Part shown: one piece after another, positions 48,301-56,954 of the stretch | How positions within the stretch are numbered: the first letter of the stretch is position 1 | Layout: every line of letters begins with the position of its first letter | Assembly (NCBI GenBank): GCA_963754875.1 | Contig: CAVWHO010000008.1 | Span: forward strand, 352,001 to 416,000 | DNA from: Nitrospirota bacterium | Lineage (GTDB): Bacteria > Nitrospirota > UBA9217 | Reading direction: 5' to 3' | Length of the DNA: 64,000 nt | Program-made: the position numbers and the translations under genes | Notes under the pieces: model-generated | The model's database searches: none | What the model saw: only the letters and a program-made list of their open reading frames with translations | Told to the model about the DNA's origin: nothing

Positions 48301-51219
48301 ATTGATGCCATGATTAACAATACCCAGTTCTATGAATTTGTTCGTTTCGCCGGGGGCGAACGTCAGCGAATCTGTCTTGGCTGTATAATCTTTTCCGCTA
48401 ATAGCCGTGCCACCTGTGAACGCGTACTCCACTGTTACCGGTTTTCCGCTCACTGCCCCGAGCGACACCTCCAGCCGGGCCGGGTTCGTCTTCTCATCCC
48501 CGCTCGAAACCGCGTGCATGAACGCCACCGCGGGCATGGGCGTGGTGTTCACGATAGTATGGCTGTGCGTCGTAGCTCCCCCCAGTATGGCGTTTTTTGC
48601 GCTCTTCAGGCTCACGTCCACCGTCTTATTGTCGTCGTAGATCCCATCGTTCTTGATGTCGAGCTCAATCTCCTGTTTTGTCTCGCCCGGGGCGAAGGTC
48701 AGGCTGCTTCCCGCCATCGCGTAATCCTTCCCCTTGATTGCCGTCCCCCCGGTCACCGCGTACTCCACCGTCACCGGCTTGCCGCTCGCTGCGCCGAGCG
48801 CCACCTCGAACCGGGCCTGCCCTACCTTGTCATCGCCCCGGGATTCCTTTCGGCTAAAGGACACCGTCGGCGCCGGATCGCTGTCGACGATGGTCACCGT
48901 GCTCTCTGTGCTCTTTCCCTGCGTCGCGTTCGTGGGGGCTCCCATGCTCACCACGACCGTCTTGTCGTCTTCGTTGATGCCGTTGTCCGTGACATCCACG
49001 GCAATCGTTGCGCTCTTTGTTCCCGCCTTGATCACGACCGGGCTCGCCGTAATCGTATAGTTGCCGGGAGTTTTCGCCGTTCCACTCACCTTGAACGGCA
49101 CCGTCACGTCCTTGCCCGACAGGGCCGACAATTCGACAGCGATGGTCGCCGGTCCTCCGTTCTCCTTCGCCTGCTGGCTCGTTGACGTAAACGTCACTGC
49201 GGGCGCCGGGTCCGCATCAATGATGGCATAACTATGCATGGTCGTGCTTCCGAGAACGGCCCCTTTCGGATTTTTGAGGCCGACCTCAATGGTCCTGTTA
49301 TCCGCATTCAGCCCGTCATCCCTGATCCCAAGCTCGATGGTCTTTACCGTTTCCCCCGGGGCAAAGGTCAGGGTCTGGGCACCGTCCTTCAGCGTGTAGT
49401 TCGTCTCGCGGACGGCGGTGCCACCCGTGACGGCATATTCTACCGTCGTCAACTTGCCGCTCGCTGCGCTTAGAGTCACCTCAAGCCGGGCGGGACTTAC
49501 CTTCTCGTCCCCGTACGAACTGGGGAGCGTGAATGACACCGTGGGCATGGGCGTGGTATTCACGATGGTATAGGTATGTGTTGTGACGTTTCCCAACACA
49601 CTGTCGGCAGACTTCAACAGGCTTACTTCGACGGTCTTGTTGTCATCGTAGATGCCGTGATTTACAATCTCAAGCTCGACGGTCTTTTCAGTCTCGCCCG
49701 GGGCGAAGGTCAGGCTGCTTCCCGCCATCGCGTAATCCTTCCCCTTGATTGCCGTCCCCCCGGTCACCGCGTACTCCACCGTCACCGGCTTGCCGCTCGC
49801 TGCGCCGAGCGCCACCTCGAACCGGGCCTGCCCTACCTTGTCATCGCCCTGGGATTCCTTTCGGCTAAAGGACACCGTCGGCGCCGGATCGCTGTCGACG
49901 ATGGTCACCGTGCTCTCTGTGCTCTTTCCCTGCGTCGCGTTCGTGGGGGCTCCCATGCTCACCACGACCGTCTTGTCGTCTTCGTTGATGCCGTTGTCCG
50001 TGACATCCACGGCAATCGTTGCGCTCTTTGTTCCCGCCTTGATCACGACCGGACTCGCCGTAATCGTATAGTTGCCGGGAGTTTTCGCCGTTCCACTCAC
50101 CTTGAACGGCACCGTCACGTCCTTGCCCGACAGGGCCGACAATTCAACTGCGATGGTCGCCGCTCCTCCGTTCTCCTTCGCCTGCTGGCTCGTTGACGTA
50201 AACGTCACTGCGGGCACCGGATTCGTATTAATAATGGTATAAGTATGCACCGCGGTACGCCCTAATAGCGCATTCGTCGGGTTCTTGAGGCTTACCTCGA
50301 TAGTCTTGCTGTCCGCATTCAGACCGTCATTAAGGATGTCTATATTTATGTCCTTGACAGTCTCGCTGGGTGCAAATGTCAATGTCCCGTCCTGCAATTT
50401 ATACTTGATGCCGCGGACGGCGGTACCGCCCGTTACAGCATACTCCACGGTCACTGGCCGAGCATTAACCGAACTGAGCGCTACCTCGAGTCTCGCAGGG
50501 CTTGTCTTATCAGTGCCGCTGGAACGCTTCAGAACAAAATTTACGATATTCTCACGAAAGTCCGTTCCCAGGCTCGGGGAGCGGTACACGGACCGCGGTT
50601 TGAAATCGATCCTTCCGCCCTCGCCATCGGCCGTTTTTCCCGCCGCAAACGTTTCCAGGGACCCTGAAAGCTGACGGACTGCTTTCTGCAACAGTACTTT
50701 GGGGTCATGAATCACGCCGAGTCCAAGAATCCCGGGAGAATCGTCACCTGCCAGGCCCACGCTATCGGCCCACAATACACGAGGATTATCTGTTGCGGCC
50801 AGGAGCCTGACTGCCATGGAAATCCGGGGAACGCCGTCTGCATTGTAGGACTCCACCGTGGCAAGGAGAATGGCGTCGGCCCCAACCTCTCTTTTGAATG
50901 CCTCAGCAGTAGCTGCATCCACCCCCATTGAAGGGCGAAAACGATGATTCGACAGGATCGATTTAATCGGCGCTTCATCGAGGACGTCGACCCGCTGCGA
51001 TTTCAATTGTTGCGTCAGTGCTTGCCGGATATCTTCTTCAGGAATGGCCGAATTACTCCTGTTTTCAATAGGAAGGACGACGATGCGAAGTCTGGTTGCG
51101 TCGTCTGGCACGATCTTCCCTGCCGGTCCTTTCACCATCGAACACCCGGTCAGTAACACCAAACCGGTAAAAAAAACGGCTGCAATCGTTCTATTTAAAA
51201 AGCTTTTTGATAAGATCAT
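45346..51219 (-). CDS. Giant lipoprotein: CsgG/TolB-N-like domain, 14 Calx-beta domains, second CsgG-like domain (OscG-like by position); probable +1 frameshift near 45508 with true stop at 45399-45401
   Basis: Lipobox LLTGC. Paired domains IVVLPIENRS...LWADSVGLAGDD and IAAIPFFNQS...IWSSES. Fourteen units of about 110 aa with VTVEYAVTGGTA/LTFAPGET or VTVPFxVSGTA. Confidence 0.85.
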   Translation of the reverse strand: MILSKSFLNRTIAAVFFTGLVLLTGCSMVKGPAGKIVPDDATRLRIVVLPIENRSNSAIPEEDIRQALTQQLKSQRVDVLDEAPIKSILSNHRFRPSMGVDAATAEAFKREVGADAILLATVESYNADGVPRISMAVRLLAATDNPRVLWADSVGLAGDDSPGILGLGVIHDPKVLLQKAVRQLSGSLETFAAGKTADGEGGRIDFKPRSVYRSPSLGTDFRENIVNFVLKRSSGTDKTSPARLEVALSSVNARPVTVEYAVTGGTAVRGIKYKLQDGTLTFAPSETVKDINIDILNDGLNADSKTIEVSLKNPTNALLGRTAVHTYTIINTNPVPAVTFTSTSQQAKENGGAATIAVELSALSGKDVTVPFKVSGTAKTPGNYTITASPVVIKAGTKSATIAVDVTDNGINEDDKTVVVSMGAPTNATQGKSTESTVTIVDSDPAPTVSFSRKESQGDDKVGQARFEVALGAASGKPVTVEYAVTGGTAIKGKDYAMAGSSLTFAPGETEKTVELEIVNHGIYDDNKTVEVSLLKSADSVLGNVTTHTYTIVNTTPMPTVSFTLPSSYGDEKVSPARLEVTLSAASGKLTTVEYAVTGGTAVRETNYTLKDGAQTLTFAPGETVKTIELGIRDDGLNADNRTIEVGLKNPKGAVLGSTTMHSYAIIDADPAPAVTFTSTSQQAKENGGPATIAVELSALSGKDVTVPFKVSGTAKTPGNYTITASPVVIKAGTKSATIAVDVTDNGINEDDKTVVVSMGAPTNATQGKSTESTVTIVDSDPAPTVSFSRKESRGDDKVGQARFEVALGAASGKPVTVEYAVTGGTAIKGKDYAMAGSSLTFAPGETKQEIELDIKNDGIYDDNKTVDVSLKSAKNAILGGATTHSHTIVNTTPMPAVAFMHAVSSGDEKTNPARLEVSLGAVSGKPVTVEYAFTGGTAISGKDYTAKTDSLTFAPGETNKFIELGIVNHGINNDDKIVVVSLKRAKNAVIGAITTHSYTIMNTTPMPSVAFTAASQQAKENGGPATIAVELSAPSGKDVTVPFTVSGTAKTPGNYTITASPVMIKAGTKSAAIMVSPVDNKINEEARTVVMAMGVPTNATRGKSTESTVTIVDSDPVPAVTFTSTSQQTKENGGAATIAVELSALSGKDVTVPFKVSGTAKTPGNYTITASPVVIKAGTKSATIAVDVTDNGINEDDKTVVVSMGAPTNATQGKSTESTVTIVDSDPAPTVSFSRKESRGDDKVGQARFEVALGAASGKPVTVEYAVTGGTAIKGKDYAVAGSSLTFAPGETEKTVELEIVNHGIYDDNKTVEVSLLKSADSVLGNVTTHTYTIVNTTPMPTVSFTLPSSYGDEKVSPARLEVTLSAASGKLTTVEYAVTGGTAVRETNYTLKDGAQTLTFAPGETVKTIELGIRDDGLNADNRTIEVGLKNPKGAVLGSTTMHSYAIIDADPAPAVTFTSTSQQAKENGGPATIAVELSALSGKDVTVPFKVSGTAKTPGNYTITASPVVIKAGTKSATIAVDVTDNGINEDDKTVVVSMGAPTNATQGKSTESTVTIVDSDPAPTVSFSRKESRGDDKVGQSRFEVALGAASGKPVTVEYAVTGGTAIKGKDYAMAGSSLTFAPGETEKTIELEIVNHGIYDDNKTIEVSLLKSADSVLGSVTTHTYTIVNTTPMPTISFLSENQRVIREAKTAIIAIESSALSGKDVIIPFTISSTTKKPLDYSATPNPAIIKAGSRSAIITVLMPGDDGVEAAEAMDVKLSSPANASLGRYKVHSLSIINRDKRRTIAAIPFFNQSKTPGAGEVVMLQFVKELAQRKDFVVIDPAIVRQELLSVRTIMEEGASLSDIDILIENINADLFLTGKVLDYRDEQWRSPKVTFSVMLIEKTSKRIIWSSESSKPRRRWGHPVRIGEYQDGKRDGCGDGTQYGQDDDYLVRSDWRTGHPCAQPVCSR
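46181..50222. repeat. Nested near-identical intragenic duplications (offsets 1011 nt and 2349 nt)
   Basis: 46331-47873 matches 48680-50222 (offset 2349). The segment starting at 46181 matches that starting at 47192 (offset 1011). Shadow ORFs in the track recur at the same offsets. Confidence 0.95.
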
Positions 51220-51760
51220 CGACAGCCTTTTCCGTTATATCGTTCATAAGCGTTCCTCCTCCGCCGAAAAGCCGGTCCGTGACGCCTATGCCGCCCTGAG
51301 TTGAGGAAGCAGACCATATAATTCTGCCCGTCTGCGTTTCAATCATCTGCAGGTTCAAGGAAATAGCGTTCGAAGCGGCGGAGCCGGATCTCACTTCGCC
51401 ATACTCTTTCACGACGCCCGTTATCACTGCATCCACCTTAACAACGCTTGAGAACTTTATTGCCTCATCGGTGGAGGGTGCCGTCGGATCGGCCAATCCC
51501 AGTCGCGTGATACCCCGCTTCACTTCACCGACAGGGATTACGTAGAAAGCGCCGGTAGCCAAAAGCCTGGTCATTAAAACTTCCCTCACCCGGTCACTAG
51601 CGCTCTGCTCCTTCGACTGGTTAGCAAGGGGCATAACCGCAACATTCTGGATCACCCCAAAGTCCATGTTCGGATCCCGAAAGACGCCGGCACTTTTGTG
51701 AGCGCATGCAGTCAGCGAAATAGCCATTAATAGCAGCACAATAGTTCTCTTGACATTCAT
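51191..51760 (-). CDS. CsgG/GNA1162-like lipoprotein (OscF-like by position)
   Basis: Lipobox LTAC, VAVMPLAN, VDAVITGVVKEY and MIETQTGRIIWSAS. Confidence 0.82.
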   Translation of the reverse strand: MNVKRTIVLLLMAISLTACAHKSAGVFRDPNMDFGVIQNVAVMPLANQSKEQSASDRVREVLMTRLLATGAFYVIPVGEVKRGITRLGLADPTAPSTDEAIKFSSVVKVDAVITGVVKEYGEVRSGSAASNAISLNLQMIETQTGRIIWSASSTQGGIGVTDRLFGGGGTLMNDITEKAVDDLIKKLFK

Positions 51761-51780
51761 TACTCCCCCCCCCTCTTCAG

Positions 51781-54051
51781 TTAAAAAAATAGCATCAACG
51801 AAGCGGTCGTGATCCTCGTCGTAGACTGCTGCACATCGGTGATGTCATCCTCCGTTACATAGGCAACTTGTGCATAGGACCGCCCTGCCATAAGCCATCG
51901 GATACTCGATGTCAGCACCCTGGTGGTAGAATTGCTTTCTGTCATCAGTCCCTCGTTGTAGGAGATGCCTAACTGGAGTTTCCCCCCTTGGAAAGGTGAC
52001 CAACTCACCCCGTAACTCTTTGTCCTGTTGCGTCGGTATGCCGATGAAGTTGTCCCCATGGACCCGGCGAGGTACAGGGTATTGAACGGGGAATACGCCA
52101 GACTCATATCCTCCTGATCGACCGGCGTTGTCGAATCCGGTAATCCGCCGCCCGACTGTTCAATTACCGAATGGGAGGTCGAATAGGTAATCGTCATTGT
52201 TTTTAGAGGTGCCAAACTGGCTCCGAAAGTATAGAGCGAAGTGGTACTCTTCCTTTTGTCCTCAGGGACCTGAACACTAACCCCCCCGTTTAGATAGATA
52301 GAAAAATTCCGGTACAGATCCGCATTATTGTTCAGAAATACAGAATTTGTACTAGTACGACCGACAAATGATTCGTGGGTCGAGCCGCTGTATATAAGAC
52401 TGTCTCTCAATGTGCTCAGAGGAACTGCTTGGAGTGATGTATTATATGCATAGGTGACCGCGTTCCCCTCCGTTGGATCGAAGGTATCCGACCGTTCAGC
52501 ATGCGCCAGACCGGAGAAAATATTGTTGAATCGATGGGAGACTGACAGGCCATTCGTAATTGATGAATTCCTTGCCGTTGAATTCCCGTTATTTGTGCTT
52601 TGATTCAAATAGGTAAAATCGTAAAACAAGGCAGGACTGCTCAAAAGCATGACCCGGGTGCCTACGGCGGAATTCTCGATGGTCCCCGCACTCGTTCTTG
52701 TCATGCCTGTTGCGGTAGACTGATTCAGGAATGCCTTGAGTTCGGTCACATATATGCCCGGATAGAGCAACGCTTCTCCGACTGGAGAAAGAGGACTCAC
52801 GACGACCTTTATGTATTGCGTCGTCACGTCCGGGATGGCCAGCTCAAATCGGCCGACTCCCAGCAGTGGGGCATAGGGCTCGTAGGTGGCCGGCATGACC
52901 GAAGTATACAAAACCCAGGTCTGGTTATCCGAGCTCGTGTAGATATCCATCTTAAAGGAGTTGGGCACTGTCGGATTATCGCTCAGATAGGCCGGGGAGC
53001 CGGTATTATTGACGGAATATACCCACAGCTCAAGATTGTTCAGCTCCGATGCAGTCCCGAACCTGATTCCGATATTGCGTGGTGCGGTGTCCAGCGGCCA
53101 TGCTGAAGACCCGATATTGATTGCATTGTTCATGGTTCCTTGCACATCGTTGTCTATCAACCCCGGAAGCGAATGGAGCGAAATATTTTCGGGGACCGTG
53201 TTGCTGACAAAAAGGCCGTCAAAGGCGAACACAGGCGTAAGTATTTGTCCGGATGCCCCCGTTGTCATGAAGTCGGTCGAGACAAGGGAAGCATAATAGC
53301 TTGCCGAAAATGAAACCCGGCCGTCAAAAAAAGCATCACCATAAGCGACCCGCCCGCTGTTCGTTACCGTCTTCGTCTCCGTATCGTTGACCTTGTCCCG
53401 GGCATCAACGTAGTGCCCGTCATATGTCGTGGAGAGGTTTTTCCAGTCATACCGCAAACGCAGCCACCCGTCATCGGTTACTGTATTCTGACTCATATGC
53501 TCCTTATCGTAGGAAAGAGTTTGGATCGCTCTTAGGTCCAACGTCGGCAGAGATTCAGGCATCCATCGAAGGTAGCCGCTATAGCTCTCATTTATGGTCG
53601 TCGTTTTCGGCGAGCCTGCTACTCCCGTTTCGGTAATCATCGAATTATAGTTCCCTGATGCGGTGTACAAAGGGGTTTTCATCGTAAGATCGACATACGG
53701 TCTTTCTAGTGTAGTAGTGGATGAGATCTTTGACGCATCAGTTTTATCGGTGATATCGGTTCTGGTCCTCTGGAGAAGGCCGGAAGCATACAACCGGAGG
53801 TTTGGAGACAATAATTTATCAAGGATGAGATTGTATTCGTCAACGAATGAATTAATATCGGAGTTGGAAGCAGTGCCTGTGGAATCCTTGGAAGCGGTAT
53901 CAAGATGAGTGTACGTCAACCCCACATGACCACTCAGTTCATCAGCCAGGGCCGGCCGAAGCACAATCCCCGGAAAAAGTACCGTCCATAAGCACCCTAG
54001 AAAACAACAGGCCATCCATCCGTTTTGGTTATGTTGTCCCGAGAACCCCAT
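51781..54051 (-). CDS. Large outer-membrane beta-barrel with an inserted beta-sandwich domain (OscE-like by position)
   Basis: Signal peptide, Ser/Thr/Tyr-rich amphipathic strands, central domain with IYTSSDNQTW and TTQYIKVV, C-terminal FF. Confidence 0.78.
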   Translation of the reverse strand: MGFSGQHNQNGWMACCFLGCLWTVLFPGIVLRPALADELSGHVGLTYTHLDTASKDSTGTASNSDINSFVDEYNLILDKLLSPNLRLYASGLLQRTRTDITDKTDASKISSTTTLERPYVDLTMKTPLYTASGNYNSMITETGVAGSPKTTTINESYSGYLRWMPESLPTLDLRAIQTLSYDKEHMSQNTVTDDGWLRLRYDWKNLSTTYDGHYVDARDKVNDTETKTVTNSGRVAYGDAFFDGRVSFSASYYASLVSTDFMTTGASGQILTPVFAFDGLFVSNTVPENISLHSLPGLIDNDVQGTMNNAINIGSSAWPLDTAPRNIGIRFGTASELNNLELWVYSVNNTGSPAYLSDNPTVPNSFKMDIYTSSDNQTWVLYTSVMPATYEPYAPLLGVGRFELAIPDVTTQYIKVVVSPLSPVGEALLYPGIYVTELKAFLNQSTATGMTRTSAGTIENSAVGTRVMLLSSPALFYDFTYLNQSTNNGNSTARNSSITNGLSVSHRFNNIFSGLAHAERSDTFDPTEGNAVTYAYNTSLQAVPLSTLRDSLIYSGSTHESFVGRTSTNSVFLNNNADLYRNFSIYLNGGVSVQVPEDKRKSTTSLYTFGASLAPLKTMTITYSTSHSVIEQSGGGLPDSTTPVDQEDMSLAYSPFNTLYLAGSMGTTSSAYRRNRTKSYGVSWSPFQGGKLQLGISYNEGLMTESNSTTRVLTSSIRWLMAGRSYAQVAYVTEDDITDVQQSTTRITTASLMLFF

Positions 54052-54065
54052 TCTCCTGTTCTATC

Positions 54066-55478
54066 CTATCGTTCACCCATCATGGCCACCCATGAAGGAG
54101 AACCACTGACATCAATATCGGAAATGCTTTTTCCGCTGATCAGATTGACGACCGTGAGGACCTTCCGGTCGGGAATAAGCATATAGAGATTATCATTATC
54201 GTTATCGATCGTCATGAAATTTACCCATCCCTTCGTCGGGATGTATTCTACAGGAGTAACCGCAAGTGGGTCATACACCGTGACCACTGAGTCATATTTT
54301 TTACCCACGTAAATGCGATCAGTCCGGGTATCCACCTTGATAGAGCTCACTCCCAGTCCTATAAAATCCCGACGCACCAGAGAGAAGGACTCGGGGTTGA
54401 TCGTATAAAGGTACGGATAAGATGCGTGGATTACATAGAGCCGGTCCCCGTTGCGATTGAACTGTCCTCTCAAAGGTTCGGGCCCTGTCGCAATCGTTCC
54501 CATGACTGCCCTGCCGGCGATATCGATAACCGATATATTGTCGGAATGGTTGTTAAAGACATAAGCTTTCCTGCCGGTTTTTTCGATCAGAATGGAGCAT
54601 GGCCGGTTACCTACGGGGATCCTGGTTACCTCCATCCGAAGTCCGGTGTCAATGATGCTTACCATATTGGAACCGGAATCCACCGCCAACAGTGTGCGTC
54701 CGTCCGGCGTGAGGACCAGTTCTTGGGGTTCATCTCCCCGGATCAGCACGATCCTGTCCAGGACAGTCCCGTCTGCGACGTCGATCACCTCAATTGCGTC
54801 TTCATCGCTCAATGCCGCATATGCCATCTGATGCGTTTGGTCAACAACCATGCCTCGGGGGCCGGCTCCCGTAGCGATTACCCCTATTGCCTCCATTTTC
54901 ACCTTATCGAACACCGTGATCGTATTCAAACCAACGTTCGTAACATAGCCGGTAACTCCAGGGACGGGAGTCGGAGGGGTGTATATGAAAAACGCCGGAC
55001 TGAAATGGTATCCGTCAGGTATGGATTCACTAAATTTTAATTTGAGGGAAAGCACATATGCCTTTTTCCGCTCCACCTTGAACATAAATTCCCTCTTGCT
55101 CGGCGCCTCAGGGACCAGGAGAGCGGCTTCGCCGTTCGCCGTTTCGAGCGAGGCTTTCTTGGTCTGGAAAAAGAATCCCTGGTAGGATCCCACCGGCAAC
55201 CGGCCCTGTGCAATCAACCGCTGTCTTGCCATATCGTTTTTATTAAAATCGCTCACCAGGAGCGCAAGCGGGAATGCGACGCCGTCGTCCCGCACAGCCG
55301 AGATCCCTTCAAAAGAAAATTTGAGCCGCTCATCCGGCTTCTCAAATGGCTGGACATAGAGAAACACTTCCCCTTCATCCTCAAGCGCTGGCTCAGTTTT
55401 TAGCGGGAGCGATTGACATCCTGTAACTACCAGCAAGGCAACAAAAAGAATTTTTTTTATCCAGGCAGCCGTCTTCAT
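54066..55478 (-). CDS. YVTN/YncE beta-propeller lipoprotein (OscD-like by position)
   Basis: Lipobox VTGC; repeats GYVTNVGLNTITVFD, IPVGNRP and YVFNNHSDNISVID. ATGA-coupled to the upstream cytochrome. Confidence 0.88.
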   Translation of the reverse strand: MKTAAWIKKILFVALLVVTGCQSLPLKTEPALEDEGEVFLYVQPFEKPDERLKFSFEGISAVRDDGVAFPLALLVSDFNKNDMARQRLIAQGRLPVGSYQGFFFQTKKASLETANGEAALLVPEAPSKREFMFKVERKKAYVLSLKLKFSESIPDGYHFSPAFFIYTPPTPVPGVTGYVTNVGLNTITVFDKVKMEAIGVIATGAGPRGMVVDQTHQMAYAALSDEDAIEVIDVADGTVLDRIVLIRGDEPQELVLTPDGRTLLAVDSGSNMVSIIDTGLRMEVTRIPVGNRPCSILIEKTGRKAYVFNNHSDNISVIDIAGRAVMGTIATGPEPLRGQFNRNGDRLYVIHASYPYLYTINPESFSLVRRDFIGLGVSSIKVDTRTDRIYVGKKYDSVVTVYDPLAVTPVEYIPTKGWVNFMTIDNDNDNLYMLIPDRKVLTVVNLISGKSISDIDVSGSPSWVAMMGER

Positions 55479-56764
55479 GGGAGAACTCCTGTGTGACACT
55501 TATGGCAGAGCGTATCCTGATTGAGGGCGAATCGACTTTCTGTTATTCCGTCATAGGCCATTTGTGCTTCAAGTTCGGTGCGTCCCTGCCCATAGGGTTG
55601 ATAGGGTTGGCCTTGCTGCGCATACAATCCGTTGGAAACGATGAAGTCCGTTGTCGTATTCCATCGCGTAGCCCCGTCCCAACCCGAAGCATGCGCCCGG
55701 TGGCACGTGAGACACATCACCTGGGCGTTTACGGAATCCGGTCCGACGAGATAGGAATCATCGTTCTTCGCATGGGATTTGAGCACGGCATAGCTGGCGG
55801 TTCCCTCTTCAAAGGGGACGAGGGAAAGGTACGACATGGTCGAGATCCCGGTGAGATCGCCCGTTTTAAGGTAAGCGTTATAGTTGCCGCTGTCCGTGAA
55901 ACCGAGCTTGGCAATGCTTCCTACGGGATGAATTGTCGCTGTTGTCGATGTCGGGGAGCTGAAAATCTTGTGCATCGTCGTATGGCAGTTCTGACACCAC
56001 TCGGACATTCCCGACCCATAAGCCACCCGGGTCTGCGTTACCGCCTCGGATCTGTTGTACACATCCGGCGCAACCGCAGCAGGCGGGTCGTACGTAAAAG
56101 GAATGCTGCCAGGAAGGGATTTAGGCTGATAATTTTCCCCACCCAACATCCGATAGACGCCTACGGAATAACCGATTTGCGGGTCGGGACTGCTTGCATA
56201 GGAACCCGAGCTTTGAATTGCGCTGCCGCTCGTGGTGATCGTACCATCGACATTTCTGCGATATTGGCCGTGGGGATCGTGACAGCTGATACAAGCGAGG
56301 CTCGTCGACGGATAGGTCCCCTCGGGAGCCGTTAAATTTGTCACATCGGCCATATAGGAATAATCGGCAGCCGTGATGTTGTGGCCGTGTCTTTCCCCGT
56401 GGCTGTAGAGCGGCGCCTGCGTTGCATCGGGGACCCAGAAATAGTCCTTTTTGAGCCATCCAAAATCACCGCCCGGGGTAATCTGCCGGGGCGGCAGACC
56501 GGGGAGCAAATCGGAGGAAGCGGTACTCACAAAGAAATAGGTCGGGCCGACGGCTCCCGCTCGCTCGTGGCAATTGAGGCAGACCGAACTGGCATCAGAG
56601 GCGATTAAGAGGCTTTTCGAGGACAGATCAGAACCATTATGCATGGAGTGGCAGGCATCGCAAGGACCAACGCCGCCATTGTGAAAAGCAAAGACTGCCC
56701 CTGCAAACGTAAGCATGACCGTGAGGAGCGTCAGTGCAACGAGTGCCGTTTTTCGGAACTTCAT
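55475..56764 (-). CDS. Hexaheme OmcS-family cytochrome, second paralog
   Basis: AFA/FHNGGVGPCDACHSMH, TPGGDFGWLKK, GHNI, CISCHDPHG, VAYGSGMSEWC and CLTCHRAHASG; six CxxCH. Confidence 0.92.
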   Translation of the reverse strand: MKFRKTALVALTLLTVMLTFAGAVFAFHNGGVGPCDACHSMHNGSDLSSKSLLIASDASSVCLNCHERAGAVGPTYFFVSTASSDLLPGLPPRQITPGGDFGWLKKDYFWVPDATQAPLYSHGERHGHNITAADYSYMADVTNLTAPEGTYPSTSLACISCHDPHGQYRRNVDGTITTSGSAIQSSGSYASSPDPQIGYSVGVYRMLGGENYQPKSLPGSIPFTYDPPAAVAPDVYNRSEAVTQTRVAYGSGMSEWCQNCHTTMHKIFSSPTSTTATIHPVGSIAKLGFTDSGNYNAYLKTGDLTGISTMSYLSLVPFEEGTASYAVLKSHAKNDDSYLVGPDSVNAQVMCLTCHRAHASGWDGATRWNTTTDFIVSNGLYAQQGQPYQPYGQGRTELEAQMAYDGITESRFALNQDTLCHKCHTGVLP

Positions 56765-56887
56765 CAGTAGGTAAAAATTCCTCATAACCATCTGCGTGCC
56801 GCATACCAATCGCGAGCGCATTACTATACCATTGAATTGTTCACGAGAGAATAAAAAAATGCATGAGAATATATATTATAATGGCAG

Positions 56888-56921
56888 AAAAAAGGAGGGC
56901 CGGCAATCCTGTCGGCCCTCC
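56888..56921 (-). terminator. Rho-independent terminator after omcS
   Basis: GGAGGGCCGACA-GGAT-TGCCGGCCCTCC hairpin followed by TTTTTT, about 33 nt after the stop. Confidence 0.85.
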
Positions 56922-56954
56922 CGGTTTAACATAAATCTACACACCTAGCAACCA

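Noticed and set aside
46181..50222. CRISPR array or IS copies suggested by recurring shadow ORFs
   Set aside because: The repeats are long, in-frame coding duplications without spacers or transposase motifs.
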